64,000 bases of DNA from Candidatus Falkowbacteria bacterium RIFOXYC2_FULL_36_12 (GCA_001778235.1 MFGJ01000006.1:98092-162091); one strand, 5' to 3'; positions 37,407-48,569 are shown, counted from the stretch's first letter. Notes: generated from the letters alone by a model not told the origin. Program-made: numbers and translations.

Positions 37407-39416
37407 TTATTTTTTATAGAGAAAAATATGATTTTTTCCATTATCGATTGACCAATTTTTATCTGCTTGTGATTTTGCTTGTTCAACTAAAGTCGGAAAA
37501 TTTGTCCAGTAATTATTTAGGACCAGATAAAGCTGATCTGTACCAGCATAATTCATGGCTTCAATGGCAGTTTGTTTGCTCGGAAAATCAAAGACCATTT
37601 GGTTAAAAAATTTATCTAGCTGGTTATCTCGGCCATTTGGCAAAGAATAATAAAATTCATTGTTGTAATAATGACTAAAACCAAATTGTTTGATTGCAGC
37701 AGCACCGACCATTTGATTGGCGAGAACAATATAATTGTCGGAAGAATTATTATTAATGAAATTTACGGTTGAAATATCAGTTTGGGAGAGATTAAAAGCT
37801 TTGTCATTACGATAATTGTCATCAAGCGGATAGCTGAAGTATAGTGAAAGTAAACAGATTAGTGGTATAAGTAAAATGACAAAAGATTGTTCAAATGTGG
37901 ATTTGAAGTTTGAAACTAGATGGTTAAAAAAATAAAATACAAAGGGAAACAGGAAATATAAAGACAGCTCAAGAATTCTTAACTGGAAATCTTTGATGTT
38001 GCTGGTGGTACCGAAATTTAAATCAAAAAATGTGGCTATAATGATAAAGCTTAGTAGAAAGCTGATTGACCAGAAAAGATATTTTTTGTATTGTGAAAAT
38101 TGTTTTGTTTTGATAATAAGTATAAATCCGAGTATTGCCAGTAATAAGAAAATTGTTTTATTAAATGAACCAAAGTAATGAGCAAAATCAAGAGGAAAAT
38201 TGTATTGTTGGATAAATGAATGAAAATCAAACTTTGGCAGATGGAATGTCAGTTTAGCTGGAAGATTGTTGAAAAAAGAATTTAATAAAAATAAAATAGG
38301 ATAGGTTAATATACCGAAAAAAATCATTAAAATTTTTAGGCTTTTTTGTGGTAAAAGTAAGTATAAAGACCAGAGGATGGCTGGCAAACCATAGAAAGGG
38401 TGAATTAATATCATTAGAATTGATAATCCGAGCAAGAAATATTTATTGATTGAAGTATTTAATGATAAAAAGATTATTGTCAGAAACAAAATGTTTGTCA
38501 GTCCTTGAGGTGTGCTAGTAATAAAGAAAGTTATGGGTAATAATAATGTGAGTAGAGTAATTTGACTAATTTTTTTTATGTCTAGTTTTTTACTAAGGCC
38601 AATGAAAATGCAAGCTGGGGTTAAGATCGCAAAAAGAATAGGATTTAGAAACTTGAAAATTTGGTCAATTGAAAGATGAGTAAATTGATTGAGGAAAATT
38701 ACAAAATTGTATTGACCAATATAATAAAAAGGTTTTGGTAAAAGTGTACTGGTTTGAAGAATGTTTTTTATCCCAGCAATATGTAGAAACGGATCAAAAC
38801 CATAGCCAAGTTGATAAACAATAGCAGCTATTGAACTGGTGAGAAACAAATGTAATGAAATGATTAAAAGAGATATTATGGAATTATTGTTTTGTCTAAT
38901 GAATATTGTTAAAATAAAAGTACAAATGAAATATAGTATAAAAAAGAAGGTTGGCAGAACATGCCAAGGGCTGGCGATAGCTTCATTAGTTGAAGCCTGA
39001 AATAAATAGATAAAACTAATAAAAGTCAGAATTAAATATAAGCAAAGGTAATAATTAAATCTTAATTTTGGTAATTTGAAATTTAGGTTTAGGTTGAATT
39101 TTAGTTTTATTTCAAGAACAATTGTCACTAGAAGAAAAATAACTAAATATAAGATGGTTGGTGTTTGCCATAAATAAAATATTGTAGTCAGAATAATAAC
39201 ATTTAATCCTATAATTACTAGACTACCCAAAATTAGTTGAATATATTTAGAGCTATTAGAAAATAGGTATGAGCCAAGCGGTATTGAATAAATCAGGAAA
39301 TATAAAGTAAATAGGGCAATTGCGAGTACGGGATTTTTGATCCACAAAAAATCTGCTACAATGGTTAACAGTAGTAATAGTCGTAAATAAAAATAGGTTT
39401 TGGATTTTAGGCTCAT
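37407..39416 (-). CDS. large polytopic membrane protein, possibly GT-C-fold glycosyltransferase-like
   Basis: 669 aa, >12 TM helices N-terminal, soluble C-terminal domain; no diagnostic motif seen. Confidence 0.4.
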   Translation of the reverse strand: MSLKSKTYFYLRLLLLLTIVADFLWIKNPVLAIALFTLYFLIYSIPLGSYLFSNSSKYIQLILGSLVIIGLNVIILTTIFYLWQTPTILYLVIFLLVTIVLEIKLKFNLNLNFKLPKLRFNYYLCLYLILTFISFIYLFQASTNEAIASPWHVLPTFFFILYFICTFILTIFIRQNNNSIISLLIISLHLFLTSSIAAIVYQLGYGFDPFLHIAGIKNILQTSTLLPKPFYYIGQYNFVIFLNQFTHLSIDQIFKFLNPILFAILTPACIFIGLSKKLDIKKISQITLLTLLLPITFFITSTPQGLTNILFLTIIFLSLNTSINKYFLLGLSILMILIHPFYGLPAILWSLYLLLPQKSLKILMIFFGILTYPILFLLNSFFNNLPAKLTFHLPKFDFHSFIQQYNFPLDFAHYFGSFNKTIFLLLAILGFILIIKTKQFSQYKKYLFWSISFLLSFIIIATFFDLNFGTTSNIKDFQLRILELSLYFLFPFVFYFFNHLVSNFKSTFEQSFVILLIPLICLLSLYFSYPLDDNYRNDKAFNLSQTDISTVNFINNNSSDNYIVLANQMVGAAAIKQFGFSHYYNNEFYYSLPNGRDNQLDKFFNQMVFDFPSKQTAIEAMNYAGTDQLYLVLNNYWTNFPTLVEQAKSQADKNWSIDNGKNHIFLYKK

Positions 39417-39438
39417 AGTAATATTTTAGCATTTTCTC

Positions 39439-39993
39439 ATGAAATTGACATTATCATCTGAAAAAATTATTCTGATAATCAAAATTATAACAATGGCAAC
39501 AATGGTGTTGATTTTGTTATTTTTAGTAATTCAGAAAATATCTTTTGCTCATAGTTTGGTCTATGATTTAGATTTTAGGGCCAAAAATAAATTTATTCAA
39601 GGACCATATCCTGTTGGTAGGGTTGAGCTACGGAGCGAATCAGAAAATATTTTCGTTGATCTGTTGCATGAGCCGATTTATCTCGAAGTTTATTCTCCAA
39701 GAAAGTTTGACAAGGTAAGGGTAGATATCAGGTTCAAACAATCGAATGATTTACAGGCTCAAATTGGCTTGAAGCTAGATTATCATGATTGGGCATTTTT
39801 CATGGAAGAACTGAAACCAATTGAAGATATTGAATGGCAAAATCAGCAGATAGAGTTTGAATTGAAGGATGCAGAATATGTAAATAACAAAATAAAATTG
39901 ATTATTTCTGCGCCTGGGGTTGGCGATGATGATAAATATCTAATGATTGATAAAATCAGTTTTACACTTTTCGACAATGAAAGAAATGATTAA
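39439..39993 (+). CDS. hypothetical protein with N-terminal TM helix
   Basis: ORF only. Confidence 0.35.
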   Translation: MKLTLSSEKIILIIKIITMATMVLILLFLVIQKISFAHSLVYDLDFRAKNKFIQGPYPVGRVELRSESENIFVDLLHEPIYLEVYSPRKFDKVRVDIRFKQSNDLQAQIGLKLDYHDWAFFMEELKPIEDIEWQNQQIEFELKDAEYVNNKIKLIISAPGVGDDDKYLMIDKISFTLFDNERND

Positions 39994-40151
39994 AAATTTG
40001 ATTACTTTTTTATTTATTGCGTTTTTTGTATTCGCTTTAGTTTTGGTTGTGTGTGAATTGTTCAGCCCTGGCTTTGTGATTTATTATTTAAATCTGAATT
40101 TAGTGATTTTATTGATGTTTTTACTCGCAGTTTTGAAAATTTTTGTAAATT

Positions 40152-40703
40152 ATGAAAAAGATATTTAAGGCAATGGCTGGATTTAAATCCGCTTTTGAGG
40201 ATAAAAAAAGCTATGTTAATTTCGTGGTTATTTTTGTGTTTTTCTTGTTTTTTATTCTGACTTTGCAACTGAAGTCATATATTGTATTTGTCTTTTCTTC
40301 AGGTTTGTTTTCTTTTGGTTATTCAATGTTTTTGGTTGCCAAAGCTTATTTGTTTTTTTATAAAGGATTTACAGCAATTACATTGTTTAATCTAATTTTA
40401 GTCGCAGTATTAGTTGCGATTGATTTAGCGTTATTATTGTTTTATTTACGAAAAAGAATAAAATCTGAAAAAGTTTTTGGTAGAAGTGTTTTTTCAGTTT
40501 TAATTGGCGTGATTGGTGTTGGTTGTTCATCTTGTGGCTCAATAATCTTATCTTCTTTTATTGGTATAAGTGTTACTTCAACAATTTTTGGCTTTCTGCC
40601 ATGGCATGGGGTGGAAATAAATATTTTGAGTGTTGTTATTTTGTTGGTATCAATTTATTTGATTGCTTTGAAAATAAATAATCCGAATGTCTGTAAAAGA
40701 TAG
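40152..40703 (+). CDS. hypothetical polytopic membrane protein
   Basis: ORF with TM helices. Confidence 0.35.
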   Translation: MKKIFKAMAGFKSAFEDKKSYVNFVVIFVFFLFFILTLQLKSYIVFVFSSGLFSFGYSMFLVAKAYLFFYKGFTAITLFNLILVAVLVAIDLALLLFYLRKRIKSEKVFGRSVFSVLIGVIGVGCSSCGSIILSSFIGISVTSTIFGFLPWHGVEINILSVVILLVSIYLIALKINNPNVCKR

Positions 40704-40880
40704 AAATTGAAGAATATTTGAAAGTTTTGCAAGGAAAACCTGTAGAATTTGCAAAATTAATAAAAAAGTGGTATAATGAAGTATAATTGATTAAATGACC
40801 AGAATAAGCATAAATTACTAAGAAAATGTAATGTTTTGAGTCTTTAGTCGTCATATAAGAGTTAATAACTAAATAAATTT

Positions 40881-41843
40881 ATGTCTGAAAAAATTATCTA
40901 TTTAATCGGTGGGATTATTATCGGATTGATTTTGATTGTCGGTGCATTCTTTCTATTCACCAATCAAGATTTTTTTACAGCTGATAATGACCAACAGATT
41001 GAAGATGAGCAAGATTCAACACAAGATTCAACATCGGATCAAGATGTTGAGACAACTGATCAACCAAGTGATGTTGATACAGATACACCTGTAAACAGCG
41101 ATCAACCAAACAATACCAATGATCAAATTGTTGTATTGACTCCGATTGTAGGCGCTACTGTAAGCAACCCAATAAATTTTTCCGGAAGAGCTAGAGGAAC
41201 ATTTTTCTTTGAAGGTAGTTTTCCTGTTAGTTTAAGAAAACCAAATGGAGAAGTTGTGGCATCAAGTTTTGCAACTGCGCAGGGCGAATGGATGACAACC
41301 GAGTTTGTAAATTTTACTGGTCAGCTTGAATTTAATTATGCTGACATTGATGATGGTAGAATGAATTTAGTTTTTACCAAGGATGATCCATCAGGCAGAG
41401 CATTAACCAGTGAAGATAGTAAAGCTGTTGGAATCTATATTCAAGATGCACCTGATACTTCAAAATTTAGTATTTATTTCCAAAATGATAGTATTGATGA
41501 AGCTTTAAATTCATGTATTGATGTTTATCCAGTTGTTCGAACTCGGCCATTTACCCAAGCGATTGCCAAATTAGCGATTGAGACTCTTTTGGAAGGTCCT
41601 GATGGTTTGGAATCTGAATCAGGTTATACCTCTCTACTTCCAACTGCAACACTGAATACTATAACTTTAACCAATGGCACACTTTATATTGATTTAAGGG
41701 GAAATATTAATGATTTTAATGGCGGAAGTTGCCGAACACAAGCAATGAAATCGCAAATTATTAATACTGCTAAGCAATTCCCATCTGTTAATACTGTTAT
41801 TATTTCTGTAAATGGAGATACTGAAAATATTTTTCAACCATAA
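40881..41843 (+). CDS. secreted/membrane-anchored protein with acidic linker and C-terminal GerMN/Gmad2-like region (weak)
   Basis: TM helix, Asp/Gln-rich low-complexity linker, C-terminal pattern resembling spore-germination-type domains. Confidence 0.3.
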   Translation: MSEKIIYLIGGIIIGLILIVGAFFLFTNQDFFTADNDQQIEDEQDSTQDSTSDQDVETTDQPSDVDTDTPVNSDQPNNTNDQIVVLTPIVGATVSNPINFSGRARGTFFFEGSFPVSLRKPNGEVVASSFATAQGEWMTTEFVNFTGQLEFNYADIDDGRMNLVFTKDDPSGRALTSEDSKAVGIYIQDAPDTSKFSIYFQNDSIDEALNSCIDVYPVVRTRPFTQAIAKLAIETLLEGPDGLESESGYTSLLPTATLNTITLTNGTLYIDLRGNINDFNGGSCRTQAMKSQIINTAKQFPSVNTVIISVNGDTENIFQP

Positions 41844-41924
41844 GAAAATTATAGGATTAGATAAAAAGCAGCTTTTTTGAAGCTGTTTTTTTGTTTTTTT
41901 CAATATATTGTTGAGTGTTTGAAT

Positions 41925-42520
41925 TTGCTTCGCAGAGTACCCCCAGATCAAATCCGGTGCATACTTTTTGATGCCCGCCTACGGCTCGACTGAGCTCGCC
42001 GAATGTCCGGCAGGCAGGCAAAGAAGAATTATACCCTGAAATCCATCTTCGTTAAAACTTCGATGGACAAGTAAGTTCAGGGTGACAAGTGAGTATGTTG
42101 GTGGCGCGCATTACCGCCCCAGACCTGCCTTCATCAAGATTACGGCAGGCAAGCCCCCGTGATGTTCATAGTCGATGCTCTAAATATGCATGGCGAGTAA
42201 GCTCACTGCAGGCGAAGTTCAGAGTGCTGGAAGCACACACCACTCGTCATGCTGAACTTGTTTCAGCATCTCTGGGAACTATTTCAGCATCTCTGGGTAC
42301 TATTTTATAGGACTCAATCAACTTCAGAGTGAAATGAATTGTTCGTGTTTCGGAGACCCTGAAATCCATCTTCGTTAAAACTTCGATGGACAAGCAAGTT
42401 CAGGGTGACGGTTTGGTTGGCATTATTTCAGCATTTCTGGGAACTACTCCAGTATTTCTGGGTTTAATTTCAGTATCTTTCTCCTTATAGCCGACCCGCT
42501 GCCTGGCAGTGGGTCGGCTA
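41925..42520. repeat. large intergenic repeat cluster (families C, A, B; 19-bp tandem TCTCTGGGAACTATTTCAGCA-like units)
   Basis: 41925-41975 matches 10377-10426; 42031-42175 ~95% identical to 52489-52625; 42355-42415 second family B copy; tandem units at 42270-42310 and 42416-42480. Confidence 0.65.
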
Positions 42521-42619
42521 TTCTGCCAAGGCCAAACCATTAACAACCTCCTAGTCTTTCAGTACTTATTTTTAGTTGACAAATTTTAATATATGTGATA
42601 ATCTTAGCTATTGTGAACC

Positions 42620-43780
42620 TTGACAAAAAGGCAGGCAACCCACATGGAGGGCGCAAAAATGAATGCAAAGAAAAGATTCAAATCATATTATCTTCCCAGA
42701 ATTTTTTTGATTTTGCTTGCTGTAATCGTTGCGGGTGGCTTTTGGCTGGCAGCTAATACATCAGCAAATGATGCTTATGAAAAATGTGTAGAAGAATGGG
42801 AAAATGCTTTGTTTCTTGATAAATATTCATGTCTGGATAGAAATGAATATCCATGTCTCAATGATTGTGAAACCTATAATAATAGACTGAAGTATGAAGC
42901 TCCGGTTTTGATTGCCCGAGGTCAAAATATGGTTGACTATAGTTATATGGTTCACTATAGTTGCGTGGCAGTTCTTGATTTCAGTCAGTTTTATGGTTCT
43001 GCTGCCCTGTTAGCAATTGACAATAGATATTTTAATGATGAATTTATTTCACTATTGATGAGTAAAGATCAAAAAGAATTGGCAGAAACTCTGCTTCAAC
43101 ATAAATTTAAGCAATTGATAGAGAATGAAAATTGGATTCCTGCTTGGCAAATGTTGGAGCAAGCTCCGTGGTTGAAGTCTGTGCTAACAATGACTACCAA
43201 TGATTTGTTTAGTGGATTGCTGTCAATGAATTTTGGTCATAGTTGGGGATTTAACTGGACCTGCACTGAAGCGATTAATCTGGTTGAGAAATATGACTTG
43301 CAGAGTCATCCTGCTTTCATCCAAAGTACTTTGCCGAGATGTTTTGACTCCCAGAAAGGAAGAAATTTACCTTGCATGGTTCTGGATTTGCAATTCCGAT
43401 ATCATTTTCATGGGATCACTCTGGTTAATGAATTTAGTCAGTGTTTTACTCAAATGTTTGAAGATAACATTGTTACGGTAGATGAAGCGCGAATTTATTA
43501 TGAAAATGCACAGAGATTTGATTTTCAACCTGAACAAAAAAAATATTTTGCTTGGGTTTATCTTCTCTCCCTGATGAAATCCGCTAGTTCTGAAACTGAA
43601 ATGATGACTGCCATTAATTTAATGGATGATTACGGAATTAGTCAACAAGAATTAAAGGATATGTTGGAAATCCCTGAAAGAATGAATTTGTTGCGTTTGC
43701 AATATCGTATGTCAATATTGCCAAGAAATGTAGTGGAAGATTGTTTGCCTGAAAAGGTAGAGGAGTATGGAAATGAATAA
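42620..43780 (+). CDS. hypothetical protein with N-terminal TM helix
   Basis: ORF only. Confidence 0.35.
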   Translation: MTKRQATHMEGAKMNAKKRFKSYYLPRIFLILLAVIVAGGFWLAANTSANDAYEKCVEEWENALFLDKYSCLDRNEYPCLNDCETYNNRLKYEAPVLIARGQNMVDYSYMVHYSCVAVLDFSQFYGSAALLAIDNRYFNDEFISLLMSKDQKELAETLLQHKFKQLIENENWIPAWQMLEQAPWLKSVLTMTTNDLFSGLLSMNFGHSWGFNWTCTEAINLVEKYDLQSHPAFIQSTLPRCFDSQKGRNLPCMVLDLQFRYHFHGITLVNEFSQCFTQMFEDNIVTVDEARIYYENAQRFDFQPEQKKYFAWVYLLSLMKSASSETEMMTAINLMDDYGISQQELKDMLEIPERMNLLRLQYRMSILPRNVVEDCLPEKVEEYGNE

Positions 43781-44177
43781 TAGTCTAAAAAGAGTTAAGT
43801 ACTGGTGGACAAAGAATGATTTTAATTTTGATCTGATTATTATTCTCGCGATATTTTTCGCAATAATTGTAAGTTCAGCTTGTAAGAGAAAACCACAGAC
43901 CAATGGTGTAGAGGTAGAGGACACTTATGAGGTAATGACTGGAATTGTGGTAGAGGTTAAATTCCCTGATAATAATACGATGGTAAGATTTGATGATGGA
44001 AGAGTTAAATTGTTTTCAAATATTGAATATGATGTTATCTGGGAATTGGGCAAGAAACATAAAATCAGAATTACAGAAGGTCATTTTATTTCAGCGGTGA
44101 TGGTGGATGATGGAGTGGTTGACGGCTCGTCACTAGGAAATCAATCGCCTGAAGCTGATAAGAAACCGAGCCTGTAA
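43767..44177 (+). CDS. hypothetical protein
   Basis: ORF overlapping previous stop. Confidence 0.3.
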   Translation: MEMNNSLKRVKYWWTKNDFNFDLIIILAIFFAIIVSSACKRKPQTNGVEVEDTYEVMTGIVVEVKFPDNNTMVRFDDGRVKLFSNIEYDVIWELGKKHKIRITEGHFISAVMVDDGVVDGSSLGNQSPEADKKPSL

Positions 44178-44184
44178 AAATTAT

Positions 44185-44225
44185 AAAAAATAAAAGCAAC
44201 TGATAATATTCAGTGCTTTTTTGGT
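44185..44225. terminator. bidirectional terminator between convergent genes
   Basis: AAAAGCAACTGATAATATTCAGTGCTTTTTT hairpin with A/T runs on both sides. Confidence 0.45.
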
Positions 44226-44240
44226 TTAAAATTTTGATAA

Positions 44241-45701
44241 TTATTTTAGATAGGTCCAGGTGGTCTTGTCCCCTTCATCTTTTATTTCTACCCCTAGCTC
44301 AAGAAGTTCAGACCGGACTTTATCAGCTTCCTGATAATTTTTTTCTTGGCGAAAAATATTTCTCTTGAGTATTAATTGTTCAATTTGTTCAGCTATATTT
44401 ACTTCTAGTTGTTTATCAAAGAAAATAAAACCCCAAACACTGTCAAGATAAGTTAAAAATTTCAAAAGCTGTTTCTTGGAATATTTACCTACTCTTTTTT
44501 CATCAATAAATCTATTTATCATGGTGATAAATTCAAAAAGTCCAGCGATGGCTTTGGGTGTATTCAGATCATCATCCATAGATTCAGAGAAAGTTTGGTA
44601 TGCTTTGTCAGTTTGTTCTTGGATTAAATTCAGATTTTCATCATTATCAATTTGATCTTCAGATAAATTTTTCAGTCGATTGATAAAGTTATGAATTTTG
44701 TTCAGAGAGGAATTGGCAGATTCAAGAGACTCAATAGTAAAATTTAATGGTTGTTTGTAATGATTGGTTATTATTAAAAATCTAAAAGCTAATGGATTTG
44801 GAACTTTTTGTAGAATATCTTGGAGTGTATAGAAATTGCCAATGCTTTTGGACATTTTTTTGCCATCAACTTTTAGGAAAGCTCGATGTAACCAAAATTG
44901 GACGAATTGTTTGCCTGTGACTGCTTCGGTTTGAGCAATTTCATTTTGATGATGTGGAAAAATAAGATCTTCTCCACCAGTATGAATATCAATCTGTTCG
45001 CCGAGTAATTTCATAATCATGGCAGAACATTCAATATGCCAGCCTGGGCGACCTGGGCCCCAAGGTGAGTCCCACTTTATGTTGCCATCTGCTTTATCCC
45101 AAGCTTTCCATAGAGCAAAGTCTTGGGCATTTTCTTTGTCATATTCATCTGAATTTGTTCTGCCATCAGCATCTGTTTTCAATTGTTGTTTCTCCAGATT
45201 TGCCAGTTGGCCATAATTTTCAAATTTGGAAATGCGAAAATAAACTGATTTGTCAGATGTTTGATAAGCGTAACCAAGTTTTTCCAGTTTTTTGATTAAA
45301 CTAATCATTTCTTGAATATAGTTGGTAGCTCGAACAACTTTTTTGGGTTTTTCAATGTTTAGAGCATTAAAATCTTCATAAAGCGCCAGTTCGAATTTTT
45401 TGGTGAAATCACGAAGTTCTTCTCCGGCTATTTGTGTTGCTTTTATAGTTTTGTCATCAACATCAGTTAGATTCATTACATCTTTGACTTTATAACCACA
45501 GAATCGTAGATAGCGTTTCAAAACATCTGCAAATAAATAAGAACTCATATTCCCAATGTGGGCAAAATCATAGATGGTTGGTCCACAAGTGTACATTTTG
45601 ACTTTATTGTTTTTCAGAGGAATGAATTTTTGTTTTTCCTTGGTGAGGGTATTAAATAATTTAAGCATATTTATAAGTAATTTATAATTATAATTTAGCA
45701 A
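44241..45701 (-). CDS. cysS: cysteine--tRNA ligase
   Basis: HIGN (HIGH) motif, KMSKS motif, 486 aa. Confidence 0.9.
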   Translation of the reverse strand: MLNYNYKLLINMLKLFNTLTKEKQKFIPLKNNKVKMYTCGPTIYDFAHIGNMSSYLFADVLKRYLRFCGYKVKDVMNLTDVDDKTIKATQIAGEELRDFTKKFELALYEDFNALNIEKPKKVVRATNYIQEMISLIKKLEKLGYAYQTSDKSVYFRISKFENYGQLANLEKQQLKTDADGRTNSDEYDKENAQDFALWKAWDKADGNIKWDSPWGPGRPGWHIECSAMIMKLLGEQIDIHTGGEDLIFPHHQNEIAQTEAVTGKQFVQFWLHRAFLKVDGKKMSKSIGNFYTLQDILQKVPNPLAFRFLIITNHYKQPLNFTIESLESANSSLNKIHNFINRLKNLSEDQIDNDENLNLIQEQTDKAYQTFSESMDDDLNTPKAIAGLFEFITMINRFIDEKRVGKYSKKQLLKFLTYLDSVWGFIFFDKQLEVNIAEQIEQLILKRNIFRQEKNYQEADKVRSELLELGVEIKDEGDKTTWTYLK

Positions 45702-45788
45702 AAATTTACTTATATGTAAAGAATCTGACTATTGTTAAATTGTATTACACGGCTTATAATTGGAAAAGTAATTAATAATAGAAAAAAT

Positions 45789-46940
45789 ATGGACATCTAT
45801 GAGCAATCTTTACTTTTTCATGAAAAAGTAAAAGGTAAGTTATCAGTAAAATCAAAAGTAAAATTGGAGACTAGAGAGGATTTGTCACTGGCATATACTC
45901 CAGGTGTGGCTGAACCTTGTCGTCGAATTCAGCAAGATAATGATTTGGCTTATAAATATACCATTAAAGGCAATTCGGTGGCGGTGATAACAGATGGCAG
46001 TGCGGTTCTTGGACTGGGAAATATCGGCTCCCTAGCTGGTTTGCCGGTGATGGAAGGAAAAGCAATATTGTTCAAGGAATTTGCTGGAATTGATGCTTAT
46101 CCAATATGTTTGGCCGAGCAAAGTGTAGAAAAAACCATTGAAACCGTGAAAAATATTGCACCAAGCTTTGGTGGAATAAATTTGGAGGATATAAAAGCAC
46201 CTGAATGTTTTGAAATTGAAAATGCATTGCAGGATTTGGGGATTCCGGTTTTTCATGATGATCAGCATGGTACAGCTATTGTGGTTTTGGCTGGGCTCAT
46301 CAATGCTTTGAGAGTTGTAGGTAAAAGTAAAGAAAAGGTAAAGGTGGTAGTCAATGGTGCCGGTGCTGCTGGAATAGCCATTACAAAGTTGTTAATTGAA
46401 TATGGTTTTGATTCAGCTAATTTTTTGATGCTAGATAGTAAAGGGATTATTTTCAAAGGTAGAGATGATTTGGTGGAAAATAAATATAAAATGAAAATGG
46501 CTGAAATCACCAATAAAAATATTTTAAAAGGTGATTTGGCTCAAGCAATGGATAAAGCTGATATTTTTATTGGTGTTTCAGTAAAAAATATTGTAAATCA
46601 GGACATGATCAGATCAATGAATGGAAAATCAATTATTTTTGCCATGGCTAATCCTGAACCAGAAATTATGCCTGATTTGGCTTTGGAAGCAGGTGCAATG
46701 GTGGTGGCAACTGGTAGAAGTGACTTTCCAAATCAAGTAAATAATGTTTTGGTTTTTCCTGGTATTTTTCGTGGAGCTTTGGATATGCGTGCGAAAACAA
46801 TTAGTTTAAAAATGAAGCTAGTTGCGGCTGAAGCTTTGGCAGGTGTAGTCACTAACCCAACGGTTGAGCATATTTTACCTTCACCTCTTGAAAAAGATGT
46901 ATCAAAAGTTATTGCTGAAGCTGTAATGAAAGTCGGATAA
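45789..46940 (+). CDS. NAD(P)-dependent malic enzyme (malate dehydrogenase, decarboxylating; no PTA domain)
   Basis: [33 protein letters not shown](P)-binding motif; ORF-track start 45732. Confidence 0.8.
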   Translation: MDIYEQSLLFHEKVKGKLSVKSKVKLETREDLSLAYTPGVAEPCRRIQQDNDLAYKYTIKGNSVAVITDGSAVLGLGNIGSLAGLPVMEGKAILFKEFAGIDAYPICLAEQSVEKTIETVKNIAPSFGGINLEDIKAPECFEIENALQDLGIPVFHDDQHGTAIVVLAGLINALRVVGKSKEKVKVVVNGAGAAGIAITKLLIEYGFDSANFLMLDSKGIIFKGRDDLVENKYKMKMAEITNKNILKGDLAQAMDKADIFIGVSVKNIVNQDMIRSMNGKSIIFAMANPEPEIMPDLALEAGAMVVATGRSDFPNQVNNVLVFPGIFRGALDMRAKTISLKMKLVAAEALAGVVTNPTVEHILPSPLEKDVSKVIAEAVMKVG

Positions 46941-46994
46941 TAAATTGTTTTGTCTTTATAAAAATGGTATAATTTGTTTGAATTAATATAAACT

Positions 46995-48569
46995 ATGCCA
47001 AGCAAGTCATTAGAACGGTTATTTTCAGTTTTTGGTCAAACAGAACCTCAATTTTCTGAAGAAGAAGTTTTGAGAGTGAATCAGGTAATCAGTAAATTTT
47101 CTTTGGTTTATGAAAAAGTCCGTAATGCCATGGATTACAAGGAAGATCATTTACTTCGAAAAAATGCTTTGTTCCGATTGTTAAAGCGCAAGCTTTTTAT
47201 TGAAAAAATATTGATAAATCAAACTGAAGAAAAGTTAGCCGAGCAGATCGTATATGAAATGATCAGGGCAGGATATTTGAAAAATAATCAAGTGCCAAAA
47301 ACAAAAATTGATGATTTGTTAAAGGTAATTCAAAAATATAATAAATTAATTCAACTATCAGATCTCAATCAATCGCAATTCATGCAGATGTTGGAACTCC
47401 AAGCTTGCGAAATTGAGGAGGTTTTGGTGCCATCTACCAAGACAAAGGCTTTGATTAGATTTGCCTTTGAAGTAATGAATCCGAGGATTTTGAGTAATCG
47501 TGGTGAAATAGATGACAAAGAAAAAGAATTGCAGACATATTTGGCGGTTTATCGCGTTTTGCGAAAGCCTGATGAAGCTCTAATGTCATTTGTCCTATGG
47601 AATTTATATTATCCAAATTGGCATAATGCTGATGACAATTTGATTCATGCAATTGCCAAAGATTTTGATTTGGTGAATGATGAAATTAGGCAACAGCTAA
47701 ACCATCCATGGAAAAAAAGTCTTGATAAATTATTCAAGAAGTTTGCGATTGTTTTCTGGATTTTGGAAGATTTGATTGAAAAGGATCCGGAAGCGGCGTA
47801 TGAAATTTTTGATGATGAAGAACTGTTAGAAAGAGAAGTTCGTAAAGCTTGCGATGAGAGATATAAAGTTGTGAGAAAAAAATTGACTCGTGGTGTTGTG
47901 CGAAGTATAGTTTATGTTTTTTTTACAAAGATGTTGTTGGCATTATTCCTAGAGCTTCCGCTTGATATGCTCCTGAAAGGTTTTATAAATTATACTGCTC
48001 TGACAATAAATATTTTATTTCCACCGGTTTTGATGTTTTTTGTGGCGATTACCATTCGCACACCAGGCAAGAAAAATACAGAAATGATAATAAAGGAATT
48101 AAAGGTTATTGTTTTTGGTGAGGATGCAAAAAAATTCAAACTAAAAGCGCCAAAGAATCGAAGCATAGTAACATCTGTTGTTCTAAATATTTTATATTTA
48201 ATGGTTTTTGCTGCGTCGGTTTATTTGATTGTTATTGGACTAGATAGAATTGATTTTATCTGGACTAGTGCTTTAATATTTGTGTTTTTTCTTAGTGTTG
48301 TCAGTTTTTTTGGGATTAGAATCAGGAAGCCAATTAAGGAAATAAGCATTGAAGAAAAGAGAGATAATATTTTTATTATGTTAATAGATTTTATTTCTTT
48401 GCCATTTGCCACTGTTGGACAGTGGACAAGCAATAAGTTTAGTAAGATTAATTTTATAGCTTTTATTTTTGATTTTATAATTGAAGCGCCATTTAAAATA
48501 TTTGTTGAAGTACTTGAAGATTTGTTTGGATTCTGGAGAGAAAAGAAGGAAGAGGCGTATGATATTTGA
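46995..48569 (+). CDS. hypothetical membrane protein
   Basis: ORF, soluble N-terminal half then TM helices. Confidence 0.4.
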   Translation: MPSKSLERLFSVFGQTEPQFSEEEVLRVNQVISKFSLVYEKVRNAMDYKEDHLLRKNALFRLLKRKLFIEKILINQTEEKLAEQIVYEMIRAGYLKNNQVPKTKIDDLLKVIQKYNKLIQLSDLNQSQFMQMLELQACEIEEVLVPSTKTKALIRFAFEVMNPRILSNRGEIDDKEKELQTYLAVYRVLRKPDEALMSFVLWNLYYPNWHNADDNLIHAIAKDFDLVNDEIRQQLNHPWKKSLDKLFKKFAIVFWILEDLIEKDPEAAYEIFDDEELLEREVRKACDERYKVVRKKLTRGVVRSIVYVFFTKMLLALFLELPLDMLLKGFINYTALTINILFPPVLMFFVAITIRTPGKKNTEMIIKELKVIVFGEDAKKFKLKAPKNRSIVTSVVLNILYLMVFAASVYLIVIGLDRIDFIWTSALIFVFFLSVVSFFGIRIRKPIKEISIEEKRDNIFIMLIDFISLPFATVGQWTSNKFSKINFIAFIFDFIIEAPFKIFVEVLEDLFGFWREKKEEAYDI

